DNA of 64,000 nt from Clostridia bacterium (GTDB lineage Bacteria; Bacillota; Clostridia; Christensenellales; CAG-314): assembly GCA_036654455.1 (NCBI GenBank), contig JAVVRZ010000002.1, positions 264,332 to 328,331 on the forward strand, given 5' to 3'. Positions 32,338 through 41,003 of the stretch are shown in pieces. A program made the translations under genes and the position numbers. The notes under the pieces are model-generated. The model was not told the origin of the DNA. It searched no databases and saw only the letters and a program-made list of their open reading frames with translations. Positions within the stretch are counted from its first letter, which is position 1. The number at the start of each line of letters is the position of its first letter.

Positions 32338-33468
32338 TTATATATCTACGTATCCGCCTTTTGCCATAGTTCTACTAAATAGAGCGAAGAATTCTCTTTC
32401 GCCCGTACTGCCGAGAGTTATCGGGGTTGCTTGAACAAGGTAGCCCGAGTCGGTAAACCAACCGCCGAAAGTATAGCCAAACTTACTTGCGGTAAATAGA
32501 TTTATTGTAGGCGTAGCGACGGTGTAATTAGGCGGATTAAGACCGTCGTGTTGTCCGCCGTCTAGGTGGTAGGTAATTGCGTAAGTTATTATGTTCCATT
32601 TTGCGTAAATTGTGACGTTAGCTGTAATTGCCGAACCTGCAACTGCTAAATTAGCAGTAGCGGGTTCGGTATACCAACCGGCAAAAGCAAAGCCTTGCTT
32701 AGTAGGAGTTGGCAAAGGGTTAGGTAGAGCGGTTACTCCTGTTAAACTTGTTACGGCGCTACCGCCGTTAGAATTGTAGTCTACTGAGTATCCGCTAGGA
32801 ATTGCCGTCCATTTTGCATTAATTATAACTTGGTCGTTAGAATTTCCTAATGGTATTAATGGTTCGCCGTTTGCAACTGGGGTTGTAAATGCGCTATCGG
32901 CATACCAACCGGCAAAAGTATAGCCGGGCTTAGTTGGCGGTTGCGAAGGTAGGTTAAGATTATAATTATCGGTAGTGTCAATGTTACCTTTATCGCCATT
33001 TGTATAAGTACCGCCGTTAAGTTCGGCTACTACCATATAACCACCGCCTAAAAATACATTTTTAAGTATTGCTACGGCCTTGCCGGAACTATCGGTAAAA
33101 GTTTGTTTGTTAAGTCCCGTCCTCGTTATATTAAGTCCTATTATTTTAAAGTATCTGGTAATATAATCATTAAATGTAGAATTAAAAGACGCATCAAATG
33201 AAAAATCTGGCGCAGGAGTGAAAGCACTAAGAAAGGCTAACATTTCGTCTAATACAGGTTTACACTGATTACATGTAGCTTCCGTCATATCCATAGCGAA
33301 AAACCAATTCTCCTGCATAGTTATTGATTCAGCAGAACGAATAGTTGACCGAGTGGTAATTATATGCGTTTTTGGAATATTGTTTGTAAAGTAGCTAATT
33401 ATAAGTCTTTCATAAGCATTGATTTCTCCGGATTGCGGATAGGCAAATAATTGTAAATTTGTAAACAT
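32338..33468 (-). CDS. Protein with three Listeria-Bacteroides (Flg_new) repeats and an NLQLFA N-terminus; no signal peptide
   Basis: 376 aa. There are three repeats of the pattern NGG...P..P.K.GY.F.GW(Y/F)....A(K/L)(W/F): GYTFAGWYADS...INAKW, GFAFAGWYTEP...IYAKW, GYTFGGWFTDS...FFALF. The N-terminus is [11 protein letters not shown]. The start overlaps the upstream stop (TAATG). Confidence 0.8.
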   Translation of the reverse strand: MFTNLQLFAYPQSGEINAYERLIISYFTNNIPKTHIITTRSTIRSAESITMQENWFFAMDMTEATCNQCKPVLDEMLAFLSAFTPAPDFSFDASFNSTFNDYITRYFKIIGLNITRTGLNKQTFTDSSGKAVAILKNVFLGGGYMVVAELNGGTYTNGDKGNIDTTDNYNLNLPSQPPTKPGYTFAGWYADSAFTTPVANGEPLIPLGNSNDQVIINAKWTAIPSGYSVDYNSNGGSAVTSLTGVTALPNPLPTPTKQGFAFAGWYTEPATANLAVAGSAITANVTIYAKWNIITYAITYHLDGGQHDGLNPPNYTVATPTINLFTASKFGYTFGGWFTDSGYLVQATPITLGSTGEREFFALFSRTMAKGGYVDI

Positions 33469-34463
33469 TATGCTGTAATCTCCAATATTTCGTATGTCAA
33501 GTCAAGCGTAGGCGCAACGTTACTTGTAAGCTCTAAGACAAAACTTCCAACATATACGGTAGGAATTTTGCTTACTAAGTTAGTAAGCGCAGTTAGAGTT
33601 TCTTTGTTAGAAGGATATATTTTTACATAAGCGTTTGCGGTAATTAGATTGTCGCTAACGCTAGCTAGGTAAGGGCTTGCCGTCCCGGTAAGGCTGACCC
33701 TGACTTGTTTTATGGTTACGCCGACATTACCTTTTTCGCCCTGTATACCCTGAACCCCCTGTATACCCTGAACCCCTTGTGCGCCTTGTATTCCGCTGTC
33801 GCCTCTGTCGCCCTTTTCACCCCGAACGCCTTGTATGCCTTGTATACCTTGTATTCCTCTGTCGCCCTTTTCGCCTTGTATTCCTTGTATACCCTGTATA
33901 CCCTTTTCGCCCTGTATGCCTTGTATTCCTCTGTCACCTTTGTCACCTTTCTCGCCCTTTGCTCCGGTATACATTCCCGTAGCTTTATCTGCTATAAGTT
34001 GAGTTGCGGTGTCGTTACAATTTTTGATAGCGGTTTGGGTATCTGCAATTTGCAAGAACATTTTTGCGATAATGTCGTTATTTACCGTAGTGTTCAAGTT
34101 TGCTGAGACCGATTCTTTTACTTCAAGCGAACAAGTTAAATCGCTTTTAAGTACAATTTTTGAGTTTGTAGCCTCCCTAGCTACAAGTTGAATATAGACG
34201 TTTCCCCTCCTTGCAATACAATTTTCAAGGTCGTAATAAAGCACCGAAGTGTATTGAGCGTCGGCGATACTAAGTAATTGCGGACTTACAAATCTACTTT
34301 TGCCATTAAAAAATTCTAAATTGTAATTGTAGTTTGCAAGTGTGGCAGGCACAATTACCTTTAACCTTGTAGTAAGATTGTCGCCTTCGCTTATGTACAT
34401 TTTGCTTAGAGCGACTAATTCACGGTTTTCTGTAAACCGTAGGTAGTAGTTAACTATTGCCAT
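33468..34463 (-). CDS. Collagen-like triple-helix repeat protein, phage tail-fibre/baseplate-like; no signal peptide
   Basis: 331 aa counted from the ATG at 34463, preceded by SD AAGGAG 6 nt upstream. The ORF-track start at 34481 is a TTG. Layout: a beta-rich N-domain of about 166 aa, 27 uninterrupted G-X-Y triplets, and an 83-aa C-domain. Confidence 0.8.
   Translation of the reverse strand: MAIVNYYLRFTENRELVALSKMYISEGDNLTTRLKVIVPATLANYNYNLEFFNGKSRFVSPQLLSIADAQYTSVLYYDLENCIARRGNVYIQLVAREATNSKIVLKSDLTCSLEVKESVSANLNTTVNNDIIAKMFLQIADTQTAIKNCNDTATQLIADKATGMYTGAKGEKGDKGDRGIQGIQGEKGIQGIQGIQGEKGDRGIQGIQGIQGVRGEKGDRGDSGIQGAQGVQGIQGVQGIQGEKGNVGVTIKQVRVSLTGTASPYLASVSDNLITANAYVKIYPSNKETLTALTNLVSKIPTVYVGSFVLELTSNVAPTLDLTYEILEITA
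33720..33965 (-). repeat. Coding 9-nt periodic repeat (G-X-Y triplets, mostly GIQ/GEK/GDR)
   Basis: The region encodes [82 protein letters not shown]. The DNA repeats CCTTGTATACC-like units. Confidence 0.9.
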
Positions 34464-34604
34464 TTTCTTCTCCTTTTTCAAAAGGTAAGATATATTCTTG
34501 TCTATATATTATAAAGCTTACTGTCAATATTTTTAATCAAGTTCTTCCAACTTAATTATTATTTGATTGCTTTTTGTCAATAATTAAATTAGGAGGTACT
34601 AAGT

Positions 34605-34751
34605 ATGAAGTGTAAACGCTGTAAAAAACCTATTGAAACAAACAAGGCTGTAATATGTCCTAATTGTAGGCAAGTAGTTTGTATGGACTGTTATCAAAAA
34701 GACGGCTATACGTGTAGCAAATGTAAGGGAGAATATAAATATTTCAATTAG
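34605..34751 (+). CDS. 48-aa zinc-ribbon mini-protein with four CxxC motifs (not in the ORF track)
   Basis: Sequence MKCKRCKKPIETNKAVICPNCRQVVCMDCYQKDGYTCSKCKGEYKYFN. A strong SD (AGGAGG) lies 8 nt upstream of the ATG. Transcribed divergently from the collagen-like gene. Confidence 0.6.
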   Translation: MKCKRCKKPIETNKAVICPNCRQVVCMDCYQKDGYTCSKCKGEYKYFN

Positions 34752-34770
34752 TATATTTTGAACGTAGTTA

Positions 34771-34799
34771 TTGCTAAATATGACTTTTTTTGATATAAT
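34771..34799 (+). promoter_or_regulatory. tilS promoter placed for a leaderless transcript
   Basis: TTGCTA (34771-34776), 17-nt spacer ending in TGa, TATAAT (34794-34799), then 6 nt, then the ATG at 34806. No SD. Confidence 0.5.
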
Positions 34800-34805
34800 A
34801 TTTTT

Positions 34806-36086
34806 ATGTTAGAAAAGCTTAAATTACTTAACAATCAACCCGTTGTCCTTGCCGTTTCGGGCGGAATAGACTCTATGGTAATGCTTGACATCTTTATCAA
34901 GCATTACAAGGGCGACTTTTGCGTTGCAACGGTAAATCACAATATTCGCCAAACAGCCAAACAAGATTGCTTGTTTGTCGCCGACTTTTGCAAGCGTTAT
35001 AGCGTAGAATGTAATATTCTTTGCGTCGACGTACCTAGCCATCAACAAAAAAACCACCTTTCGCAAGAAACTTCGGCAAGGCTACTTAGGCACGATGTTT
35101 TAGAAAAATTTGCCGACGGAAAAATAATTTGTCTTGCTCATAACAAAAATGACAACGCCGAAACTATACTTATGCACTTACTTAGGGGTAGCGGAGCAAA
35201 AGGCGCTTTGGGTATTATAGACACGCCTCGTCTTTTTAGACCCTTAATTGATTGTTCAAGACAACAAATCGAACAATACGCAAAAGAGAACTCCGTTTCT
35301 TACGTAATAGACCACACTAACGACGATATAACTTACACTCGCAACTTTGTTCGCAAGGTTATTTTGCCCGATTGCAAAAAAGTTAACGCAAATTATCTTG
35401 ACAATATAATAAATTTTTCTAAGTTAATTTCCGCCGACCAAGTTTATCTTATACGGCAAGCGAACGAATTGCTGAATATTTATTCGGTCGAAGTCGACAA
35501 CAAAACTGCCATTATACCGCTACAACTTTTTGAGTGTCCTTTGCCTCTTGTCAGCCGAGCCATTTTTATAATTTTTAGCAAATTAGGGGTAAATGTTGAT
35601 ATCGAACAAGTTCATATTAAAGATATTTGTAGCCTAAGCGACAAAATTGTTGGTAAAAGTTTAAATTTACCCTTTGACTTTATAGCGTATAGGGATTACA
35701 ATAGTATAAATATTTCTAGCGTAGGTCTTTCTAGCAATGCCCAAGAAGTTATACAAAGTTGCCCGTTTAGCGTTGGCGATACTACGATTGCAAATCGTGT
35801 AGTAACCGTAAGCAAGGTTGTGTCGGGCAATAAAATAGACTTAAACAAAGTTCCGCCAACCGCAGTTTTTAGAACAAGGCGTCAAGGCGACAAATTTGCC
35901 AAGTTTGGGGGCGGTACGGTAAGTTTAAGCGACTATCTTACGGATATTAAAATTCCGCTTAAAGACAGGGATAAGCTTGTTGTTCTTGCAAACGGGCAAG
36001 ATATACTGGCAATAGTTGGCGTAGAAATCAGTCGTACCATTAAAGTCGACGACGATTCCAACGTATATTACATTAATTACAAATAG
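34806..36086 (+). CDS. tilS: tRNA(Ile)-lysidine synthase
   Basis: 426 aa with PP-loop VLAVSGGIDSMVM; followed by hpt, as in many Bacillota. Confidence 0.88.
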   Translation: MLEKLKLLNNQPVVLAVSGGIDSMVMLDIFIKHYKGDFCVATVNHNIRQTAKQDCLFVADFCKRYSVECNILCVDVPSHQQKNHLSQETSARLLRHDVLEKFADGKIICLAHNKNDNAETILMHLLRGSGAKGALGIIDTPRLFRPLIDCSRQQIEQYAKENSVSYVIDHTNDDITYTRNFVRKVILPDCKKVNANYLDNIINFSKLISADQVYLIRQANELLNIYSVEVDNKTAIIPLQLFECPLPLVSRAIFIIFSKLGVNVDIEQVHIKDICSLSDKIVGKSLNLPFDFIAYRDYNSINISSVGLSSNAQEVIQSCPFSVGDTTIANRVVTVSKVVSGNKIDLNKVPPTAVFRTRRQGDKFAKFGGGTVSLSDYLTDIKIPLKDRDKLVVLANGQDILAIVGVEISRTIKVDDDSNVYYINYK

Positions 36087-36098
36087 GAGAAATAACAA

Positions 36099-36638
36099 AT
36101 GCAATGTAAAGATGTTAAAGAGGTACTTATTACAAAAGAACAGTTAGAGCAAAGAGTAACCGAGTTAGGCGCAATGATTACCAAAGATTACAAAGGCAAA
36201 GACCCCTTAATTGTTGGCGTACTTAAAGGCAGTTGGATATTCTTTGCAGATTTAATTCGTAAAATAGAACTAGGTTGTACGGTTGACTTTATCGACATAA
36301 GCACTTATGGTTCTAGCACTCGCAGTAGTGGCGAAGTAAGATTTAACAAGGACTTTGACAACTCCGTCGACGGCAAAGATATTATAATGGTCGAAGATAT
36401 AATCGATACCGGCGTAACTATGAATTTTATAGTCAATTTGTTAAAGACAAGGGGCGCAAATAGCGTGCGTATAGCAAGCTTGCTCAGCAAACCCTCTCGT
36501 AGAAAAATTGATATTACCATTGATTATCTTGGTTTTGACATTCCCGACGAATTTGTAATTGGTTACGGACTTGACTATGCCGAAAAGTACAGAGGGCTTG
36601 ACTTTATAGGTATTTTGCACGAGAATTGCTATAAATAA
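36099..36638 (+). CDS. hpt: Hypoxanthine phosphoribosyltransferase
   Basis: 179 aa with PRPP-binding motif IIMVEDIIDTGVT. SD AGGAGA. Confidence 0.9.
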   Translation: MQCKDVKEVLITKEQLEQRVTELGAMITKDYKGKDPLIVGVLKGSWIFFADLIRKIELGCTVDFIDISTYGSSTRSSGEVRFNKDFDNSVDGKDIIMVEDIIDTGVTMNFIVNLLKTRGANSVRIASLLSKPSRRKIDITIDYLGFDIPDEFVIGYGLDYAEKYRGLDFIGILHENCYK

Positions 36639-36710
36639 ACGATAATTACATATTTTTTAAATAGCTAAAAAGTATATTTTTAATAGCTTTTTGGCTTGCT
36701 AAAAAAGGTG

Positions 36711-36739
36711 TTGACAAATTGTTTACTATATAATATAAT
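36711..36739 (+). promoter_or_regulatory. Consensus sigma-70 promoter of the metK leader
   Basis: TTGACA (36711-36716), 17-nt spacer, TATAAT (36734-36739). Confidence 0.7.
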
Positions 36740-36747
36740 TTTATTAA

Positions 36748-36850
36748 CAACCTATCACGAGTGTTGGAGGGAACGGACCCGTTGAATACACAGCAACCTT
36801 ACTTATGTTTAAGGTGCTAAATTCCGCAGGGAAACCTGAAAGATAGGGCA
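36748..36850 (+). promoter_or_regulatory. SAM-I (S-box) riboswitch aptamer
   Basis: Matches S-box conserved elements: CCTATCACGAG..GGAGGGA.CGGACCCGTTGAA...CAGCAACC...AAGGTGCTAAATTCCGCAGG...GAAAGATAGG. Located upstream of metK. Confidence 0.88.
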
Positions 36851-36867
36851 ACAAATTTAACTTTATT

Positions 36868-36903
36868 GTTGTCTTTTCCTTTTTGGGCTAGACAACTTTT
36901 TTT
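36868..36903 (+). terminator. Riboswitch expression-platform terminator
   Basis: GTTGTCT (36868-36874) pairs with AGACAAC (36890-36896), followed by T7. The competing hairpin CAACAA (36849-36854)/TTGTTG (36866-36871) overlaps the left arm. Confidence 0.6.
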
Positions 36904-36914
36904 GTGAGGATAAA

Positions 36915-38048
36915 ATGGATAAAAAATTATTTACCAGCGAAAGCGTCACCGAAGGACACCCCGACAAAATTTGCGACCAAATTAGCGACGCTATTTTAGA
37001 CGCAATTTTAGAAAAAGACAGTTCGGCAAGAGTAGCTTGCGAAACCGTCGTTTGTTGTGGCACAACTTTTATTATGGGTGAAATTACTACTAATTGCTAT
37101 GTAGACATTCAATCGATAGCTCGTCAAACTATCGCCGACATCGGCTACACTAGGGCTAAGTTTGGTTTCGACGCTTCTACTTGCGCCGTGCTTACAAGCA
37201 TTACCGAACAATCGCCCGATATTGCCTTAGGCGTTGACCGTCTAGGCGCAGGCGACCAAGGTATGATGTTTGGTTATGCGTGTAACGAAACGCCCGAACT
37301 TATGCCTATGCCTATTATGCTGTCGCATAAGATTGCTCGTAGACTTGCGACCGTACGCAAAGAAGGTATTTTAAGTTATTTAAGACCGGACGGCAAATGT
37401 CAAGTTACGGTAGAATATGACGGCGACACTCCAATTAGAGTCGACGCCGTAGTTGTTTCGGCTCAACACGCCCCCGACGTAAGCCAAGCTCGTATTCGTC
37501 AAGACATTATCGAGAATGTAATTAAGGTTGTAATTCCCAGTAATCTTCTCGACAAAGACACCAAGTTTTTTGTAAACCCAACCGGCAAATTTGTCGTAGG
37601 CGGGCCAAGCGGAGACTCCGGACTTACGGGTAGAAAGATCATTGTCGACACTTACGGCAGTAGTTGCCCTCACGGTGGCGGTTCTTTTTCAGGTAAAGAC
37701 CCTAGTAAGGTTGACCGTTCGGCAACCTATATGGCTCGCTATATTTGCAAAAATTTAGTAGCCTCTAAATTAGCTAGCAAGGTTCAACTACAAGTATGTT
37801 ACTGTATCGGCGTAGCCGAACCTGTTTCTATCGACGTTGAAACTTTTGGAACTTCCAAACTAAGCAAACAAGAATTAACCGACATTGTCCGCAAAGAATT
37901 TGACTTAACACCGCAAGGCATAATTAATAAACTTGATTTACGTAGGCCTATTTATAAAAAGACGGCTACTTACGGCGCATTTGGCAGAGAAGATTGTTCG
38001 TGGGAGCAAACCGATATGGCTCAAAAATTAAGCAAATATTTAAGGTAA
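36915..38048 (+). CDS. metK: S-adenosylmethionine synthase
   Basis: 377 aa with motifs [48 protein letters not shown]. Confidence 0.93.
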   Translation: MDKKLFTSESVTEGHPDKICDQISDAILDAILEKDSSARVACETVVCCGTTFIMGEITTNCYVDIQSIARQTIADIGYTRAKFGFDASTCAVLTSITEQSPDIALGVDRLGAGDQGMMFGYACNETPELMPMPIMLSHKIARRLATVRKEGILSYLRPDGKCQVTVEYDGDTPIRVDAVVVSAQHAPDVSQARIRQDIIENVIKVVIPSNLLDKDTKFFVNPTGKFVVGGPSGDSGLTGRKIIVDTYGSSCPHGGGSFSGKDPSKVDRSATYMARYICKNLVASKLASKVQLQVCYCIGVAEPVSIDVETFGTSKLSKQELTDIVRKEFDLTPQGIINKLDLRRPIYKKTATYGAFGREDCSWEQTDMAQKLSKYLR

Positions 38049-38051
38049 TTA

Positions 38052-40286
38052 ATGGAAATTCAAGGCGTAGTCAGCGACATTATTTTTTATAATCAGCAAA
38101 ACGGCTATTCGGTAATTTCGGTTAAAGCAAGCGACAAAGAATATACTTGCGTAGGCAATCTCCCGGTTATATCTAAGGGAGAGCAACTTGTTTTAAGCGG
38201 TTACCTAACTACGCACTCGCAATATGGCGAGCAATTTGTCGTGCAAAACTTTACTATAAGGGCTCCGCAAAGTCAAGAGGGCATTATTAAATATTTGTCA
38301 AGCGGATTAATTAAAGGCATAGGCGAAGCTACTGCGAAAAAAATTTACGACGCTTTTGGCGTAAATACTTTGGAAATAATAGAAAAAGAGCCAGCTTTAC
38401 TTGCTAATATCAAAGGCATTAGCGTAAATAAAGCAAATGATATCGCAAGCAGTTACAAGAGTATTGTAACTATGCAACAGCAAATAATGTTTTTGCAACA
38501 ATACAACATTACTATAAATACGGCGGTAAAAATTTATAACGTTTATCAAGACGCAACTAAAAGCGTAGTCAGTCAAAATCCTTATAAATTAATCGACGAT
38601 ATTGACGGTATCGGTTTTATTTCTGCCGATAGAATAGCCCACAATATGGGCATAGACTATGATTCGCCCTTTCGTTTGCGTGCGGGAATAATCTATTGCC
38701 TTAAAGAAAGCGCCGAAAAACTCGGCAATACTTTTATATCAAAAGACGACTTAACAAGCAAGGTTTCTAATTTGCTTGAACTTGATTTGTTAGATAAATA
38801 CGCTTCGGTCTATGACGAGATTATAGGCAGGCTTACGCTTGACGTTACGATTAGAGTATTTGACATAGGTTTGACAAGTTGCGTGTCGCTCTCTAAGTAT
38901 TACAATATGGAAAAAGCTATCTCGGCAAAATTAATTCAAATTAAGAATCAATCAATAGACGTTCAAGGCGATTTTTCTTCTTTAATTGCCGAATTTGAGC
39001 GTATTAATAATATTAAATTGCACAATAGTCAAAAAGAAGCCATAATTAGCTCGCTTACTAATGGCGTAACTGTAATTACAGGCGGACCGGGAACGGGCAA
39101 AACCACAATTATTAAGTGCATAACGCATATTTATTCGACTTTTGGCAAAAAAATAGAGCTCACTAGTCCAACGGGCAGAGCCAGCAAACGGCTTGCGCTT
39201 TCAACGGGCAAAGAGGCTAAGACCATTCACCGCTTGTTGGGCGCAGGTTACTCTAATGGCAAGATGGGCTTTCTTTACGACCAATACAATCCGCTTCAAG
39301 CCGACGTAGTAATCGTAGACGAGGTGTCAATGGTTGATGTTTCTATCGCTTACAGCTTGTTTAAGGCGCTAGATTCCTCTACACGGCTTATACTTGTAGG
39401 CGACAAAGACCAACTTCCCTCAGTTGGCGCAGGTAACGTGCTTTCCAATATTATTTCTAGCGGTGTAATAGACGTCAAATATCTAACTCATATTTATAGG
39501 CAGGAACAAGACAGTTTGATTATTAGCAACGCTCATTTAATCAATAATTGTAAAATGCCAATTTGCAACAACGCCAGTAAAGACTTCTTTATAATATCTA
39601 AAAATAGTCAAGACGAAGTTTTTGAAGAATGTATGCAACTTATTTCAAAGCGTTTGCCGACTTATAAGGGCGTAGAAGGCGGAGAAATTCAGCTTTTGGG
39701 CGCATTAAAGAGCGGAGTCGCCGGAGTTGACAATAGCAATAAATCATTGCAACGTTTGCTTAACCCCGCTTCTACAAGCAAACAAGAGATTAAATTAGGC
39801 GATACTACGTTTAGAGTTGGCGACCGAGTTATGCAAACTGTCAACGACTACTCGCTTGATTGGTATAAAAGTGGAATTTTCGGTTCGATAGAGTATGGGC
39901 AAGGCGTATTTAACGGCGATATCGGCGTAATTAATTCGGTAAATAAATCGAGTAACACCCTAGAAATTCTTTTTGACGACGGACGGACGGCTCAATATAA
40001 TAACGTTGACTTATACAATTTAAGCCTAGCTTACGCTATGACAATTCATAAGAGTCAAGGTAGCGAGTTCGATTGCGTAGTTATACCCTTAGTATCCGGG
40101 CCTCCTACAATTCTCAACAAAAACTTGCTTTATACCGCAGTTACCAGGGCAAAAAAAGTGGTAGTATTAGTTTGCAACAAAAAGATTTTGTCAATGGTTG
40201 TGCACAACAATTATATAAGCGAGCGTACGACCCTACTAGATAAATTTTTAAACGAGGACTTTAAGAGATATGAAGGTATCGTTTAA
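38052..40286 (+). CDS. recD2: ATP-dependent RecD2-like DNA helicase
   Basis: 744 aa with Walker A GGPGTGKTT, Walker B VDEVSMVD, TIHKSQGSEF and an N-terminal OB/HhH region. Confidence 0.85.
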   Translation: MEIQGVVSDIIFYNQQNGYSVISVKASDKEYTCVGNLPVISKGEQLVLSGYLTTHSQYGEQFVVQNFTIRAPQSQEGIIKYLSSGLIKGIGEATAKKIYDAFGVNTLEIIEKEPALLANIKGISVNKANDIASSYKSIVTMQQQIMFLQQYNITINTAVKIYNVYQDATKSVVSQNPYKLIDDIDGIGFISADRIAHNMGIDYDSPFRLRAGIIYCLKESAEKLGNTFISKDDLTSKVSNLLELDLLDKYASVYDEIIGRLTLDVTIRVFDIGLTSCVSLSKYYNMEKAISAKLIQIKNQSIDVQGDFSSLIAEFERINNIKLHNSQKEAIISSLTNGVTVITGGPGTGKTTIIKCITHIYSTFGKKIELTSPTGRASKRLALSTGKEAKTIHRLLGAGYSNGKMGFLYDQYNPLQADVVIVDEVSMVDVSIAYSLFKALDSSTRLILVGDKDQLPSVGAGNVLSNIISSGVIDVKYLTHIYRQEQDSLIISNAHLINNCKMPICNNASKDFFIISKNSQDEVFEECMQLISKRLPTYKGVEGGEIQLLGALKSGVAGVDNSNKSLQRLLNPASTSKQEIKLGDTTFRVGDRVMQTVNDYSLDWYKSGIFGSIEYGQGVFNGDIGVINSVNKSSNTLEILFDDGRTAQYNNVDLYNLSLAYAMTIHKSQGSEFDCVVIPLVSGPPTILNKNLLYTAVTRAKKVVVLVCNKKILSMVVHNNYISERTTLLDKFLNEDFKRYEGIV

Positions 40287-40998
40287 GATTAAACAACAAA
40301 TAGCTCAAACGCTAGGAAACTATGATTTTTGTTGTATTGGTTGCAGGCGAGATATTTTTGACGGCTTATATCTATGTAAAGATTGTTTGAAACTTCTCAG
40401 TTATAATAATGGCAAAACTTGCGACAATTGCGGTACGGCGATTTATGGAATAAGCAATTATTGTAGCAAATGCGGAAAAAGAGAATGTTATTTTAAGCGA
40501 GCGTATTCTCCGCTTATCTTTGAAGGCGAAGTTCAACGCCTTATGCACTCTTTTAAGTTTGGCGGTCGTTCAAGTTACGCTCTCCCTTTTGCCAAACTGT
40601 TAGCAGACTATTTTGCTTGCCTTAATCTAGATATCGACCTAGTTACATCTGTGCCGATGCACGAAATTGATAAAAAAGAGCGTGGATATAATCAATCTTA
40701 TTTACTTGCGAGTAGTTTTTGTGATATACTAGGCTTGAAATATGTTCAAACTCTTGAAAAAATTAAACAAACTCAACCGCAAGAAAAGCTCAATTATGTA
40801 GAGCGTATGCGAAACCTCAACAACGCATTTCAACTAATTGACAAAAATATAATTAAAGATAAGAATATTTTGCTTATAGACGACGTGTTGACAACGGGCG
40901 CTACTGCAAACGAATGCTCTCGAATTTTTAGCAAAGCCAACGCAACTACCTATGTATTAACCCTTGCAAGTCGCAAGGAAACTATAAAAACGGAGTAA
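40270..40998 (+). CDS. comFC: ComF family protein (ComFC-like phosphoribosyltransferase-fold competence protein)
   Basis: 242 aa with N-terminal zinc-finger cysteines (CIGC...CKDC, CDNC...CSKC) and the PRT motif ILLIDDVLTTGAT. Overlaps recD2 by 17 nt. Confidence 0.8.
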   Translation: MKVSFKIKQQIAQTLGNYDFCCIGCRRDIFDGLYLCKDCLKLLSYNNGKTCDNCGTAIYGISNYCSKCGKRECYFKRAYSPLIFEGEVQRLMHSFKFGGRSSYALPFAKLLADYFACLNLDIDLVTSVPMHEIDKKERGYNQSYLLASSFCDILGLKYVQTLEKIKQTQPQEKLNYVERMRNLNNAFQLIDKNIIKDKNILLIDDVLTTGATANECSRIFSKANATTYVLTLASRKETIKTE

Positions 40999-41003
40999 AT
41001 AAA

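Noticed and set aside
33720-33965. Short-period DNA repeat that could be mistaken for a CRISPR-like or noncoding tandem array
   Set aside because: The period is 9 nt with no spacers. It reads in frame as G-X-Y triplets inside a long ORF with a good RBS.
33705-34106. ORF-track ORFs 33705-34106 (+), 33779-33982 (+), 33716-33946 (-) and 34009-34191 (+)
   Set aside because: These are alternative-frame or antisense artefacts of the repetitive collagen-like coding sequence. Their composition is low-complexity and they have no RBS.
32338-34751. Intact prophage or mobile element around the collagen-like gene pair
   Set aside because: I saw no integrase, terminase, portal, capsid, lysis genes or flanking direct repeats. 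The flanks are core genes (uppP, tilS).
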